DNA of 64,000 bases, taken from the IMG/VR virus record IMGVR_UViG_3300017989_000096, one strand, 5' to 3'. The position numbers were made by a program, and so were the translations under genes. The notes under the pieces are model-generated. The model ran no database searches. It saw only the letters and a list, made by a program, of their open reading frames with translations, and had not been told where the DNA came from. How positions within the stretch are numbered: the first letter of the stretch is position 1; each line of letters opens with the position of its first letter. The stretch is from an uncultured virus (IMG/VR IMGVR_UViG_3300017989_000096) (lineage: Duplodnaviria > Heunggongvirae > Uroviricota > Caudoviricetes). Shown here in pieces: positions 39,342 to 50,088 of the stretch.

Positions 39342-39932
39342 ATGAGTGATAGTTACCTTGATGCACCGGCAACAAAAATGCTGCAAGTTCACTGCTCAAT
39401 TTGCGGTAGGCTGTTGTTGGACTCGGATTCGATTGCGCAGAGGATTGGTCCGGAGTGCAGAGGGGGATTGGAGCTGCTTGAGCCGGATATCAGACAGATT
39501 GCGAACGAGCATGTGTATCATGCTGCGCAAGCGGCACTCGAAGGCAGAATCGAGGAAGTGATGCACTACGCTGATCTGGTTGAGCAGCTCGATAGCAACC
39601 TCAAAGAGCTGGCGGATCGTATGCGTCGGCGCTTTGTTAAGAAGATCGAGGACACCCAGAGGAAGCCGGAAATTATTGTGGAGGAAAAGGGCAAAGAACT
39701 GGTGGTCAAAACTCCACCGGCTTTTCGTAGGGGTGGAAAGGACGTTTGGGAAGAGTTCAAGACTTCATGGAAAAGGATTGATGGGAGCTGGTGGGACCAC
39801 AAAGCAAAACGCTGGCACATCGCAAACACACAGAAGGCTGCGGTACAATTGTTTGGTTTGTTCAAGAGATACTTTCCGGGTCGTTCAGGTGTTGGACGCA
39901 AAGGCGTATTCGTTGTTCCTACAGAACAGTAG
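39342..39932 (+). CDS. DUF6011-like zinc-finger protein
   Basis: CSICGRLLLDSDSIAQRIGPEC. Confidence 0.75.
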   Translation: MSDSYLDAPATKMLQVHCSICGRLLLDSDSIAQRIGPECRGGLELLEPDIRQIANEHVYHAAQAALEGRIEEVMHYADLVEQLDSNLKELADRMRRRFVKKIEDTQRKPEIIVEEKGKELVVKTPPAFRRGGKDVWEEFKTSWKRIDGSWWDHKAKRWHIANTQKAAVQLFGLFKRYFPGRSGVGRKGVFVVPTEQ

Positions 39933-40247
39933 GAGAAAAAGAAATGTTAGGGTCGCTACGAAAATTGTTTGCCAAAAAGCAAGAACCTGTAGTTCGACTG
40001 GCAGACGAAGAAAAAGATACCATTCGACGCTTTGCTCGTGGAGAGACAGAGCTTCGCGAGAAAGCAATTGCAATTTTCTACAGAGCGTTGCGTGATGGAA
40101 CATGGCAGAGTGCGATGAAAGAGAAGGAATCAAAAACGAAAACAATGTTGCTGTTCATGTCGGAAGTGGACGCAAAGGTTCCTGATTTGATGCTGAGAGC
40201 GAAGTATCGAGAACAGGTATCCAAAATATCTTGAGAAAGGTGAAAAG

Positions 40248-40556
40248 ATGGCAAGGTATGAGTGCCCAAAATGTCGTAGCACTGAAGTGGAAGTAGAAGC
40301 TGTTTGTCGGATGAGTCTGGGTGTCGAGAACGCCGAAGGCGACGAGCCTTTGGAATTTGACTATGATGACAATTCTTTGGCTTGGTGTGGAGATTGCAAT
40401 CATCAAAGTAAGCTTGCTGACTTTGCGCCAAAGCCACGCACACAAGAAGAGCGTATTGCAGAGCTGGAATTGGAGAATCAAAACCTGAAGATACTGAACA
40501 AAGCATTGCAAGAGAAATTGGTGAAGAGGAGGGACACACATGTTCATAGGCGATGA
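40248..40556 (+). CDS. zinc-ribbon protein
   Basis: CPKC...CGDC. Confidence 0.7.
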   Translation: MARYECPKCRSTEVEVEAVCRMSLGVENAEGDEPLEFDYDDNSLAWCGDCNHQSKLADFAPKPRTQEERIAELELENQNLKILNKALQEKLVKRRDTHVHRR

Positions 40557-40746
40557 CCCTGATGAAAGATGGATGGTGCAAAAAAGGCCGGACCCATTAG
40601 CACCAAAAGCACCGAGTATCTTTGAGGCCAGATTCGAACCGCAAGGGTGCTCTTTGCTTTGTTCTACGTGGGAGGAAGCAAAAGAAGTGGCCGAATTCCT
40701 TAACTCAAGGAAGATAGCGCCGCTGGTGGATTTGGACGAATAAAGA

Positions 40747-40819
40747 TCAAAAAAAGAGCTCGACTTTTCATGTCGTAGCAGTTAAATAATTGAAGAGCAA
40801 ACACTAACTGCTACGGAGG
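40747..40819 (+). promoter_or_regulatory. promoter core in perfect 11-bp inverted repeat cgtagcagtta/taactgctacg
   Basis: Right arm runs into GGAGG SD of 40826. Confidence 0.8.
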
Positions 40820-40825
40820 ATTAAA

Positions 40826-41347
40826 ATGGCTGACACATTCGAGCTGGTGCAGGAGAGGAAAAAGAAGGTCAAAAGCTATTCGCACGGTCATGCCTTCGAG
40901 TTCAATGCAAATGTTTCGCACTACCGAATGATCAATGTGCCAAACAACGTGGAAGATGCATTCGATGCAGTTACCGATGCAGTCTACGAGATTATGAAAA
41001 AAGTGCACCACCACGTGAACGTCACGCCAAGTGAGTTCGACTACGAATACGGCAGCATAAGAGGGACGCATTTTGAAGGTTGGGATTGGGAAGTGTGGCA
41101 AGACGATGATGTCACACTGGAGATTGATGTGACACACCTGAAGCTGAAAGAAGGAGTTGAGCTGGCAAAGGAGCTTGCTGAGCTTGGTGTTTCGGTTGAC
41201 AAGACGTGCGGAGGAGATGACTATCACGATGGTGCTGATTATACGGTCAAGGTTGCGACGGAGCCAATTATTTGCTTCAAGAAGGTCGAAGGTGAACTGA
41301 GAGCGATCATTGAAATGACTTTGGAATGGGAGTTAGCGAGAAATTGA
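40826..41347 (+). CDS. acidic hypothetical protein
   Basis: GGAGG RBS. Confidence 0.75.
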   Translation: MADTFELVQERKKKVKSYSHGHAFEFNANVSHYRMINVPNNVEDAFDAVTDAVYEIMKKVHHHVNVTPSEFDYEYGSIRGTHFEGWDWEVWQDDDVTLEIDVTHLKLKEGVELAKELAELGVSVDKTCGGDDYHDGADYTVKVATEPIICFKKVEGELRAIIEMTLEWELARN

Positions 41348-41805
41348 GTAAGTACACAGTGTACCATACGAAGCACGAAAGTTTTGCTGCTGGAGTTTTG
41401 GGTGACGAAGTACCTTTTCCTGAAGGATTTGAAAAGGTTGCTGTTGTCGAAACTGCCAGTGGATTGGAATCTGTGTGGGCGATTACACAACATGTTGAAA
41501 GTGACTGGACGAAAAACGAGGCGGTCCAGGAAACATTTATGGATCGCTGTCGTTCGACAAGCGTGGGTGATGTGATCGTGGATGAAGAAGGCAAGCGTTT
41601 TCGCTGTGCTTTTGTTGGTTGGGAGGAATTTTGATGGCTAAGGTAATTTGTGACAATGCTGGTGCTTTTCCACGTTGTGATGAATGTCCTCATGCCGTAT
41701 TGCACGAACGGACAGAGGCTTGTAAAACAACGAATTGCTTTAACCATTCCACATGGGAAGGATCAAAATGTGAGGAAGAAATTGACGACATTCGGGTTGA
41801 CTAAC

Positions 41806-41820
41806 CTGTTAAATAAATGA
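41806..41820 (+). promoter_or_regulatory. promoter core variant
   Basis: ctgttaaataaatga. Confidence 0.6.
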
Positions 41821-41847
41821 GTAAACATATTTGCTGGAGGGCAAAAA

Positions 41848-42372
41848 ATGCATAAGGTTGGCGATTTTGAAGTTGTTAGTGGCGAGATCAACGTTGGTGA
41901 CCCTTGTTATGGAGGTGACAGACGTCTGACTGCCATGAATGGTAGGTGGCAAGGTTTTGTCGAATACAGTGACGAAGGGAGTTGGGGAACTCGCGTTGCT
42001 GTTTTGTTGGCACGCCATGCTGACTACAACAACTTTTTGTCCAATTTGGAAGAGGATGGAGGACTTGGAGTTGATAGCGGTCAGATGTCTGTGGTGGACA
42101 ATGACATCGCTGCTGATTGTGGGGAAGGATTGTACGATGACATTTGCAAGGCTACACTCGCGAAAGAGAGTGCTGGCCTTGTGAGTGCTTTGGATGATGA
42201 GCACTCGATTCACGGAGTTGCATCTTCTACTGGATTTGGTGATGGATTCTATCCTCTGTTTGTTGCCAAAAACGATGATGGCGAAGCAATTGCTGTGAAG
42301 GTAGTGTTCATTGATGACGAACCGGTATTGGAGGAAGAAGATGAAGAAGAATGGGACGAAGACGAAGCCTAA
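41848..42372 (+). CDS. DUF4241-like protein
   Basis: VGDPCY, GVDSGQM, SSTGFGDGFYP. Confidence 0.75.
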   Translation: MHKVGDFEVVSGEINVGDPCYGGDRRLTAMNGRWQGFVEYSDEGSWGTRVAVLLARHADYNNFLSNLEEDGGLGVDSGQMSVVDNDIAADCGEGLYDDICKATLAKESAGLVSALDDEHSIHGVASSTGFGDGFYPLFVAKNDDGEAIAVKVVFIDDEPVLEEEDEEEWDEDEA

Positions 42373-42543
42373 AGTCAGACTTATTGGTGAAGACGGAAAT
42401 GCTTTTGCCATTCTTGGCAAGGTAAAGAAAGCTCTGATGAAAGCCGGAATGAAAAAAGAGGCTGAAGCGTACCAAAAAGAGGCTACCAGTGGGGATTACG
42501 ATCATCTGTTGACTGTGACTATGAAGTACGTGGAGGTTGTGTA

Positions 42544-43410
42544 ATGGGGTATTATATGGGTTGTGGTTCGCAGATCAACGAATCGCAACTGGAAACGTAT
42601 GAAAAGACAGGCCATTACGTTGCAGAGCCAAAGTGCGATGGCCAATGGTCCATTTGCAGATCAGCATTTCGGGTGCAGAAATTTCACAGCCGCTATATGA
42701 AACCGCAAGCTTTTGGTGTTGACTTTCCACGCTTGCCTGAAGGTACTTGGATAGTAGGAGAGTTGGGGATAGGACAGCAAGAAGCAGTTAAACGTCAAAA
42801 AGAAATCGGACACGAATTTATGGATGTATTCGATGTGTTGCGGATTGAGGGTAAAGATGTGACTCAATGGGATGACAATGACAGACGCAGAGTACTGTTT
42901 GACGTGTGGGACAAATGGCCTCAAGAGCTGCAAGAATGGTTCAGGTTGGTGCCGCGTTGGGATTCACGATTTCGAAAGCACTTCAAAGAGCAAGATGAAG
43001 GTTTGGTGCTTAAGCGAGTGGGTGATCGTACAGCACATTTTTATGTCTGTGACTCACTGAATCCACATTGGATCAAAGTAAAGCGAGAAATAACAGTGGA
43101 TATGGTTGTGATGGATTATGAGTTATCGAATGCTTCGTCCTTTGTTAAACCTGCGGCAAAACGGCTTATATGCGGAGTTTACAAGGATGGAAAGTTGCAG
43201 TTAATGACTCGGGTTGGAAATATGACAGCCGAGATGCGTTATGATATTGCGGCTAATTTTTACAAATACAAAGGACGAGTTATTGAGATTGTGTGCAATA
43301 AAGTGTTTGAGAGTGGTGCGGTTCGGCATCCACGATTCAAATGCTTTCGAGATGACAAAATGCCTGAAGATTGCACTTGGGAAGCACTCAAAAAGTTGAT
43401 GGAGGTGTAA
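42544..43410 (+). CDS. lig: ATP-dependent DNA ligase (minimal adenylation + OB)
   Basis: EPKCDG, VGEL, FDVL, EGLVLK, WIKVK, RHPRFKCFRDDK. Confidence 0.9.
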   Translation: MGYYMGCGSQINESQLETYEKTGHYVAEPKCDGQWSICRSAFRVQKFHSRYMKPQAFGVDFPRLPEGTWIVGELGIGQQEAVKRQKEIGHEFMDVFDVLRIEGKDVTQWDDNDRRRVLFDVWDKWPQELQEWFRLVPRWDSRFRKHFKEQDEGLVLKRVGDRTAHFYVCDSLNPHWIKVKREITVDMVVMDYELSNASSFVKPAAKRLICGVYKDGKLQLMTRVGNMTAEMRYDIAANFYKYKGRVIEIVCNKVFESGAVRHPRFKCFRDDKMPEDCTWEALKKLMEV

Positions 43411-43411
43411 G

Positions 43412-44200
43412 GTGGAAACACACGAAAGAAAGACAGTTCACATTGACAAGGTGGATGTTGAAGAACGAGATGGAGTGATGGCTATTCGTCTACGGCCATT
43501 CAGGTGTCCTAAGAAGCATACTCGGTCTCATTTCATCAGTGTTAAGGATTTCAAAGCATTTCAAAAAAAGCATCCCACGTGGAATATCGTGTCTGTTTTG
43601 TGGAATGTTGGGCCAATTTATCATTACTACGGGGGTCAAACGTGGGACTTTTTGCGTCGTGGGTTAGCCAGCGGGACGACTGAGTTTTTTGATGCGATCA
43701 GAAAAGCAGAAAAGAAAGACGCTTTTGCTGTGCTACACGAGGAGGATTTTGACAAGAACAAGCTGTTGCGATTTGATGGCAACTCTCACACTTTTTATCT
43801 GTTGGATTCTGATATGCCTTGGTCGAGGCCGTATCACTTTGACTACATTGGTGGTGTGTGCAATGACAATTTTGATTTGAATGTGGCGGAGAAGGTTTTG
43901 AAAGTACACCCAGCCGTATCTGACGTTAAGCGAATTGAGATTCCACATTACAACCAAAGCGATGGTCATACTCATGCTGTCGAGTTTAGTGTTGAATTGT
44001 CTCAAAAAGATCACGACAAACTTGTTCGGTATTGGCGTGATAAGCGAAAGGCGGATTATTGGCAAGGCAAATTGAAAGAAGGATTGGTGCATTATTGGAA
44101 TTGGCAGACGCTCAAAACATATAAGGGCAAAAAAATCAAACATCGAGGAGCACCTGATTTGCTGGGTCTCAAGAAAGCATTGAAGAAGGAGCACAAGTGA
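43412..44200 (+). CDS. hypothetical protein
   Basis: 262-aa ORF. Confidence 0.7.
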   Translation: METHERKTVHIDKVDVEERDGVMAIRLRPFRCPKKHTRSHFISVKDFKAFQKKHPTWNIVSVLWNVGPIYHYYGGQTWDFLRRGLASGTTEFFDAIRKAEKKDAFAVLHEEDFDKNKLLRFDGNSHTFYLLDSDMPWSRPYHFDYIGGVCNDNFDLNVAEKVLKVHPAVSDVKRIEIPHYNQSDGHTHAVEFSVELSQKDHDKLVRYWRDKRKADYWQGKLKEGLVHYWNWQTLKTYKGKKIKHRGAPDLLGLKKALKKEHK

Positions 44201-45111
44201 GCATTTTTACAGATACCCCACCGCTGCGGAAATGTGATTGCTCGGGGGCACCAGCCTTGCAATATGATCATGACGAAAAAAGGGAAAGGGATAAGTATTG
44301 GGTCAAATGTTCCAAGTGTGGTTTGAGAACAGAACAATATGAAGCAGAATACACAGCACGGTTGGCTTGGAATAACAAGTTCGCTTTGAGGAGCAAAAAT
44401 GTATGAGATAGATATTCTATTGGAGCGGATTCACACTTTAGCAACTACAGCATTGAGCGGACAGGCTCATGTTTATCCTACGTTAGGTGAAATTCAAAAT
44501 CTTGTGAGAGACGCAAGAGAGCTTACAAGATTGCCCAGTTGCTTTTGGCAACCTGAAGATGTTTTTGATCGTGCAATAGAGAGTGAACGCGCCATTACAA
44601 TGGAAGAAGCAAGAGAAATTTTGATGGAGAACAAAAAGAACATAGAGGAGGATATGTGTAAATACGGATGGGACTCAATTGACTATGCTATTGACGATTG
44701 GTTTGAAAGGATGAAGGAATGATTAACCCAATTTTTGTTTGGTTTGGATGTTTTAGTGGGTGGGTTTGGATGCATTTTGTCACCTATTCTTTTTGGAATG
44801 GGGCAAAAATAGAACGCCAGAAGAAATTGATATCCAAGTGCCATAACAAGTTTGGGTGGCTATTGATGATTTTTATGCTAAGCTACTTGTTTGTCTGGGT
44901 TATAGTGGAGGGAAGCAAATGAAAATGACAACAGGGACTAATATTTTCTGTCCTCATTGCAAGAAGGAATTGCAGGTGGAAACAGAAGGTTTGTTGGGAG
45001 GGGTTTTGCAACAGCTTTTCTTGCAGAGTGCTATGGAAAGGCTTCGCAAAGAAGGTGGAAAGATCAAATGTGGGAGCTGTGGAAAGATTTTTTACATGAA
45101 AGGAATGAGAC

Positions 45112-45675
45112 ATGGTTAGCCCACTCTATTGGCATCACGTTGTGAGTGCCAGGCAAAAAGCTCTTAAGGCGTACTATGAGTACGTTCAAGAGCATTGGGA
45201 CGCATTTGGGTTTGAGACTTTTGAAGACGTCAAAAATACGTTCCATGAGATGAAGATTACAGCATGTGGGATGTCTGCTGATAATGATGGCAAACCACGA
45301 ATTGCATTTGCTGTGTTCGGAATGTTTCCTGATGAGATCGATGTTCCCATCACGGACAAAGTGAAACAGCTTAAGGGTTGGAAAAACTTTTTGGCAGCAG
45401 TACGGCGTAACCTTCATGGGCAACAGAAGATCAAAGTAGAGATGATTGGACCTAAGAAAGAGTTTCCTGAATGTCAAGAGGAAAGTTGTATGCATAAAAG
45501 AGAATGTGCCAACCACAAGACAGCAGGAGATTTTCGTTCGGAAGGTGGTATGACACCTCACTTGAGTTTTGTAGACGGTGAGTGGTTTTGTGAAAAGGAA
45601 GATACAGAGTTTCAAGAAGGAGCAATGCTGCTTCGCGAAGGTAAGCTCATTGCGGGGGTGCTTAAAAATCAGTAA
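45112..45675 (+). CDS. hypothetical protein
   Basis: 187-aa ORF. Confidence 0.65.
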   Translation: MVSPLYWHHVVSARQKALKAYYEYVQEHWDAFGFETFEDVKNTFHEMKITACGMSADNDGKPRIAFAVFGMFPDEIDVPITDKVKQLKGWKNFLAAVRRNLHGQQKIKVEMIGPKKEFPECQEESCMHKRECANHKTAGDFRSEGGMTPHLSFVDGEWFCEKEDTEFQEGAMLLREGKLIAGVLKNQ

Positions 45676-45706
45676 AGTTTTTCTTTTTGTGTGATATAAT
45701 TAAGCA

Positions 45707-46084
45707 ATGAAAACACTACAACTGATTGCTTTGTTGTTTTTTTGTGGGTGTTCTGTAGTACCAAAATGCGAGCAATACGAAATAACGGTCAAAGCGTATT
45801 GTCCATGCAAACTTTGTTGTGGAGAGTGGGCAGATGGTTTGACCAAACTGGAAACAGATGCATATCAACCAGGAGTTGCTGTCCCAAAAAATGGCCCTAT
45901 CCCATTGGGAGCAATAGTAGAAGTACCTGGTTACGGTGCTTATGTAGCGGATGATGTGGGTGGAAATTTGACCAAGTGGTGGAAAAAGGAAAAACGTTTA
46001 GTGATTGAGGTGCGATTCAAAACGCACGAGGAGGCTTTACAGTGGGGCAACCAGAAGCACAAAATTCGGGTATGGGCGAAATGA
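45707..46084 (+). CDS. 3D-domain (MltA-like peptidoglycan-acting) protein with lipoprotein-like signal
   Basis: LLFFCGC; AYCPC..CCG..ADGLT; IPLGAIVEVPGYG..VADDVGG; HEEALQWG. Confidence 0.8.
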   Translation: MKTLQLIALLFFCGCSVVPKCEQYEITVKAYCPCKLCCGEWADGLTKLETDAYQPGVAVPKNGPIPLGAIVEVPGYGAYVADDVGGNLTKWWKKEKRLVIEVRFKTHEEALQWGNQKHKIRVWAK

Positions 46085-46298
46085 GAAAAGAGCTGTCTCT
46101 GTTTGTTGTTGAGCATGCTGATGGCAGTGTAGGAGTGCAAGCATGTGAAAAGGAAGACGATGCGATATACTATTTTGAGAATTGCCATCAAGTGAAAGAT
46201 GGGGGCAAGGCTCGAATGACATTAGTTACAATTGAATTCGAAGACGTTCTGAAAGCTAAGGCACGAGTGAAATTTTTAAGAAAGTCGCCGACAAAATG

Positions 46299-46336
46299 AT
46301 ATGTCGCTCAGTTAAATAATTGAAGGAGCTACATAT
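46299..46336 (+). promoter_or_regulatory. promoter core in 10/11 inverted repeat atatgtcgctc/gagctacatat covering SD and start
   Basis: atatgtcgctcagttaaataattgaaggagctacatatg. Confidence 0.8.
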
Positions 46337-48560
46337 GGTTAGTGCTGTTGAGCGACAGGCAGTATCTGAAGTAGAAGAAGCACTGAAGGTGATTGCTTCA
46401 TGGATCGGTGGCAATCACAAGATCAGAATTGTCCATATTGCTCCTGGTGGCACACCACATGCAGACATAAGAGAGGGAGTACTGTACATTCCACCGATGA
46501 ATGGTTTGAAGGATTTGATGCAAGCACGCTCGTATTACTACCATGAGGCATTGCACATCTTACACACCAAACTAAAGCCGCCTAAAAACCAGACGTTGTT
46601 TGCGATACTTAACTCGCTTGAAGATTGGCGAATTGAGCATGAGGGTAGCAGAGCTTTGGCAGGGTGTAGAGTTGTGTTTGATTGGGAACACGAATTTTAT
46701 AACAAGAAGATTGCTACGCAAGTGATTTCGGGTGAAGCACAAAATTCACCTTTGTGGGAGGCACTCTGTGCAATGAATCTGATGACGCATGGGGTATCTC
46801 TTGTTTGGAAGCCAACCACTCTTGCTCAGCAATATGTTGATGCTGGATTGGATGTGTTCCAAGAGGTTCGGAGTGCGAAATCAACAGCAGATGCTCTTGT
46901 GGTTGCAGAAAAGCTATATGAGCTTTTCAAGCAGGTAAAAAAGGAGCAAATGCAGCAACAGCAACAACAGCAGCAACAGCAACAACAGCAGCAACAGCAA
47001 CAACAGCAACAACAGCAACAACAGCAGCAAAGTGACGGTGAGGAGTCACACACAAGTCAGTCGAAAGAAAACGAAGAGCAGTCACAAGAAGGTGGGAAGC
47101 AAAAGCAGAATAAGAAAGAGCAGAAAGACAAAAGTCAAGATGGGAAAGAACAACAGCAGCAGGGCGAGGGTCAGGGTGAAGAACAAAGCGAAGGCCAGGG
47201 TGAAGAGGAGCAGCAAGAAAAGAAGGGTGAAGTGGACCACGACAATTTAGCTTCTGCTGGTGATATGCCAGAAGAGGAAAACGATAACGAAGGTGAAGGT
47301 GGAGAAGAAGAGGAAGAAAGTAAGGAAGACAGCAAAGGACAGCAAGGTGAAAGTGGTGAAGAAGAGGAAGAAAGTAATAGTGAAGAAGGGGTGAGCAGTA
47401 AAGAAACTGGTGAAGGAAAAAGGAAGAGCGAAAATAAAGAGGGAACAGAGAAAGAAGCAAAAGGAGATGCACAACCAGGTGATGGTGGAGGAAAGTACAC
47501 TCCAGAGCAAAACAGGAAAGAAGATAAAGGAAAGGGCGGAGATGGTACTGATGAACTGCCAGAGCCTGATGACGATGAAATTGAAGAACAGCTGAAGAAA
47601 GAGTCAGCAGGAGACTCTGCTGGCGAAGTGTTACAAAAAGCATTGCAAGAAGAGCTGAAAAACATTCCGCCAGGTGATAAGAAATATGCCAGCGTTCGGG
47701 AAAACGATGTTTACCGGGTGCCAAATACGAGGTTGGAGGACAATAAGAGATTTGATGATCGACGCAAGCAAGTTGCAAATCCAATTCAAGGGATGAGTCG
47801 CTGCTTGGATCAGGCACTGCGTACGTTGGCACGTTGCAGAAAGAGACCTCTGCAAGTCAGAGGCAAGTTGGATATGAAGCAGCTGGTAGCAATTGGCAAG
47901 AATCTTTCGAAGCGAGTATTCTACACTATTGACAAAGGTCAAACATTGGACACTGCTGTTTCGATTGTTCTTGATGAGAGTGGTTCGATGAGTTACAACT
48001 ACCATGAGATTCAGCTGTTGGCAATTGCTTTAGGTGAAACACTGCAAAAGATCAAAGTGCCTTTTGAAATGATTGGATCGACGACCAAGTATATTGGTAG
48101 CCGTATTCCTTGGGAGTTGAGGTCGATAAAAGGCTATGATCGGACAAATCCATTGGTGTTCGACATTTTCAAAACGTTCAGTGAAAACTGGATGAGGGTG
48201 CGTTCCAGAATTACGAAATCGTTCCATTACAACCACAATGCTGATGGAGAAGCTGTTGAGGGTTGTGCACGACGTTTGATGATGAGACCAGAGAGTCGCA
48301 AGGTTATTTTCAGTCTTAGTGATGGCAGACCTGATGCGGGGCATGGGAATGGACAGAAGATGGGGACCTATCTACGTAAGGTTTGCAATGACTGTCGTAA
48401 GCGCGGGATAGAGGTTTATGGATTTGGGATTGGAACAGAGGAGCCAAGACAGTTTTATGGTACAAAATTCTTTGTTCATTTGGCTGATATTGGCTCGATG
48501 GGGATCAAGTTTTTCAAAGTGTTTGCTGATATCATTACGAAAGGCAGAGTCAGGGTATGA
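46335..48560 (+). CDS. CobT-like protein: N-terminal HExxH region, poly-Q/acidic linker, C-terminal VWA
   Basis: YYHEALH, NSLEDWRIE; MIDAS LDESGSM, NADGE, SLSDG. Confidence 0.85.
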   Translation: MVSAVERQAVSEVEEALKVIASWIGGNHKIRIVHIAPGGTPHADIREGVLYIPPMNGLKDLMQARSYYYHEALHILHTKLKPPKNQTLFAILNSLEDWRIEHEGSRALAGCRVVFDWEHEFYNKKIATQVISGEAQNSPLWEALCAMNLMTHGVSLVWKPTTLAQQYVDAGLDVFQEVRSAKSTADALVVAEKLYELFKQVKKEQMQQQQQQQQQQQQQQQQQQQQQQQQQQSDGEESHTSQSKENEEQSQEGGKQKQNKKEQKDKSQDGKEQQQQGEGQGEEQSEGQGEEEQQEKKGEVDHDNLASAGDMPEEENDNEGEGGEEEEESKEDSKGQQGESGEEEEESNSEEGVSSKETGEGKRKSENKEGTEKEAKGDAQPGDGGGKYTPEQNRKEDKGKGGDGTDELPEPDDDEIEEQLKKESAGDSAGEVLQKALQEELKNIPPGDKKYASVRENDVYRVPNTRLEDNKRFDDRRKQVANPIQGMSRCLDQALRTLARCRKRPLQVRGKLDMKQLVAIGKNLSKRVFYTIDKGQTLDTAVSIVLDESGSMSYNYHEIQLLAIALGETLQKIKVPFEMIGSTTKYIGSRIPWELRSIKGYDRTNPLVFDIFKTFSENWMRVRSRITKSFHYNHNADGEAVEGCARRLMMRPESRKVIFSLSDGRPDAGHGNGQKMGTYLRKVCNDCRKRGIEVYGFGIGTEEPRQFYGTKFFVHLADIGSMGIKFFKVFADIITKGRVRV
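46953..47030 (+). repeat. CAG/CAA trinucleotide tract encoding 26 Gln
   Basis: 78 nt of mixed CAG/CAA. Confidence 0.95.
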
Positions 48561-49312
48561 GAGGAACACCAGAAAACGTAGGAAAGCTGTTTCAAAAAGC
48601 CATGCGATGGATTGATAAAGGTGGCACAGGAACAGAATTAGCTGTTAATATTATGAAGAGCATGAGTGAAGTTTATGAAGCTGACGAAGAAACAGAGCCG
48701 GAGGTTAAGATGGTTACCAAACTAAGAATGAATCGTGTAGCACACTACTATGGTGGACGTAGTGACAAAGTATATATTGCGTCGGTGAGAGAGGTTTCAC
48801 CTGGCGAGTTCATTGTTGTAGGGAAGTATGGGCGCAGAGGCTCGTGGATGAAGGAACACATCAAGCCTGGAGAATACTCAGATGTCAATGTTGCAGTTGC
48901 AGAAGCAGAGGCACTTTTCCGTTCCAAGACAGAAAAGGGCTATGTTGATATTGATAGTCCGAACTATGACGGACCTGTTACATATCATGATGTTCGGGAG
49001 CATTTGGAACCTGAATTGGGTGATTGTAAAGTGATGAAAAAGAAGGTGGCAAAGAAGGGGGCAAAGAAGGTCGGTGTTTACGGACATCCTGGAATCGGCA
49101 AAACATCTACGGTGAAAAAGAAGCCGGTTGAGGAGAATTTTGTTGTTAAGTGTACCAACAACGATGGAATGGAGGATTGCTTTGATCTGAATGTGACCTA
49201 TATTGCTCGACGTCACAAGGTTGATTCAGAAATGTTTTTGGTGACGGATAAGTTAGGTCAAGAGCGTGAATGCTTCAATGATAGGTTTGAGATAACAGAT
49301 GATGAGGAATGA
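48557..49312 (+). CDS. WGR-like domain protein with C-terminal repeated module
   Basis: SDKVY...VVGKYGRRG...FRSKTEKGY; C-terminal VKCTNNDGMEDCFD..DKLGQERECFNDRF. Confidence 0.75.
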   Translation: MRGTPENVGKLFQKAMRWIDKGGTGTELAVNIMKSMSEVYEADEETEPEVKMVTKLRMNRVAHYYGGRSDKVYIASVREVSPGEFIVVGKYGRRGSWMKEHIKPGEYSDVNVAVAEAEALFRSKTEKGYVDIDSPNYDGPVTYHDVREHLEPELGDCKVMKKKVAKKGAKKVGVYGHPGIGKTSTVKKKPVEENFVVKCTNNDGMEDCFDLNVTYIARRHKVDSEMFLVTDKLGQERECFNDRFEITDDEE

Positions 49313-50088
49313 AGGTTGTGTCACGCATGAACAAAAAGCTGAAGAGGCTGTTAACTGAGGCTGCCAAAAAGAGATATGGTAAAAAGAATCCTCTTCCACC
49401 ATTCTATGACAAACTTGCCCTCACTGACAAGAATATCAAAGACGACTTGGTTAGGGAGTTGGTTGAGCTTGCGAAAAAGTTTAATCCCCAACAGTTTTCT
49501 ACCTTGTCACAAAATGATAAGGTCTTTGTGGGTTTGAAAAGAAATCTGCCAAAACACTTCCAGCGCGGAAGATTATATTACGCGTGGGATACGAGAGAAT
49601 TGTTTGCCTACAACGGTGGGCAATGGGCACGAATCGCGTGGGATGAAAGAGAGTTGACGCAAGAAGAAAAGATTGAGACTGCGCAGTCTATGGCCAAAGC
49701 CGGTCTTATGACCCCGAAAGATGCTGCCAGTTTCTCTGGTTTTAAGTTTGATGAAATTGCACCTCCACACTTGAACTGTTCACAATGCAAACATTATCAT
49801 GGAGGATCGTGTAGTCTTAACTCTACCCCGGCGGGTGAGTTGTGTGAAAGCTATGTTGCTATCGACAACCAAGTAGAAATTTCAGAGGAGGACTTTGGAG
49901 AAGGAATGTTTGAAGTTGAGTGCATTGACAACTCTGGAAAAGAAGAAGAGTTTGATATAGGGGTAACCTATATTGCAAAAAATCACGCTGATAAGACTAA
50001 TAGCGATATGATTATTGTGTTTGACAAGTTTGGCCAGGAGCAGGAATGCTTCAAGAATCGGTTTAAGAAGACGGAGAATTCATCATGA
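49309..50088 (+). CDS. hypothetical protein with C-terminal repeated module
   Basis: VECIDNSGKEEEFDIGVTY..DKFGQEQECFKNRF. Confidence 0.75.
   Translation: MKVVSRMNKKLKRLLTEAAKKRYGKKNPLPPFYDKLALTDKNIKDDLVRELVELAKKFNPQQFSTLSQNDKVFVGLKRNLPKHFQRGRLYYAWDTRELFAYNGGQWARIAWDERELTQEEKIETAQSMAKAGLMTPKDAASFSGFKFDEIAPPHLNCSQCKHYHGGSCSLNSTPAGELCESYVAIDNQVEISEEDFGEGMFEVECIDNSGKEEEFDIGVTYIAKNHADKTNSDMIIVFDKFGQEQECFKNRFKKTENSS

Noticed and set aside
46826..47053. Poly-Cys ORF on minus strand
   Set aside because: It is the reverse complement of the CAG/CAA poly-Q tract
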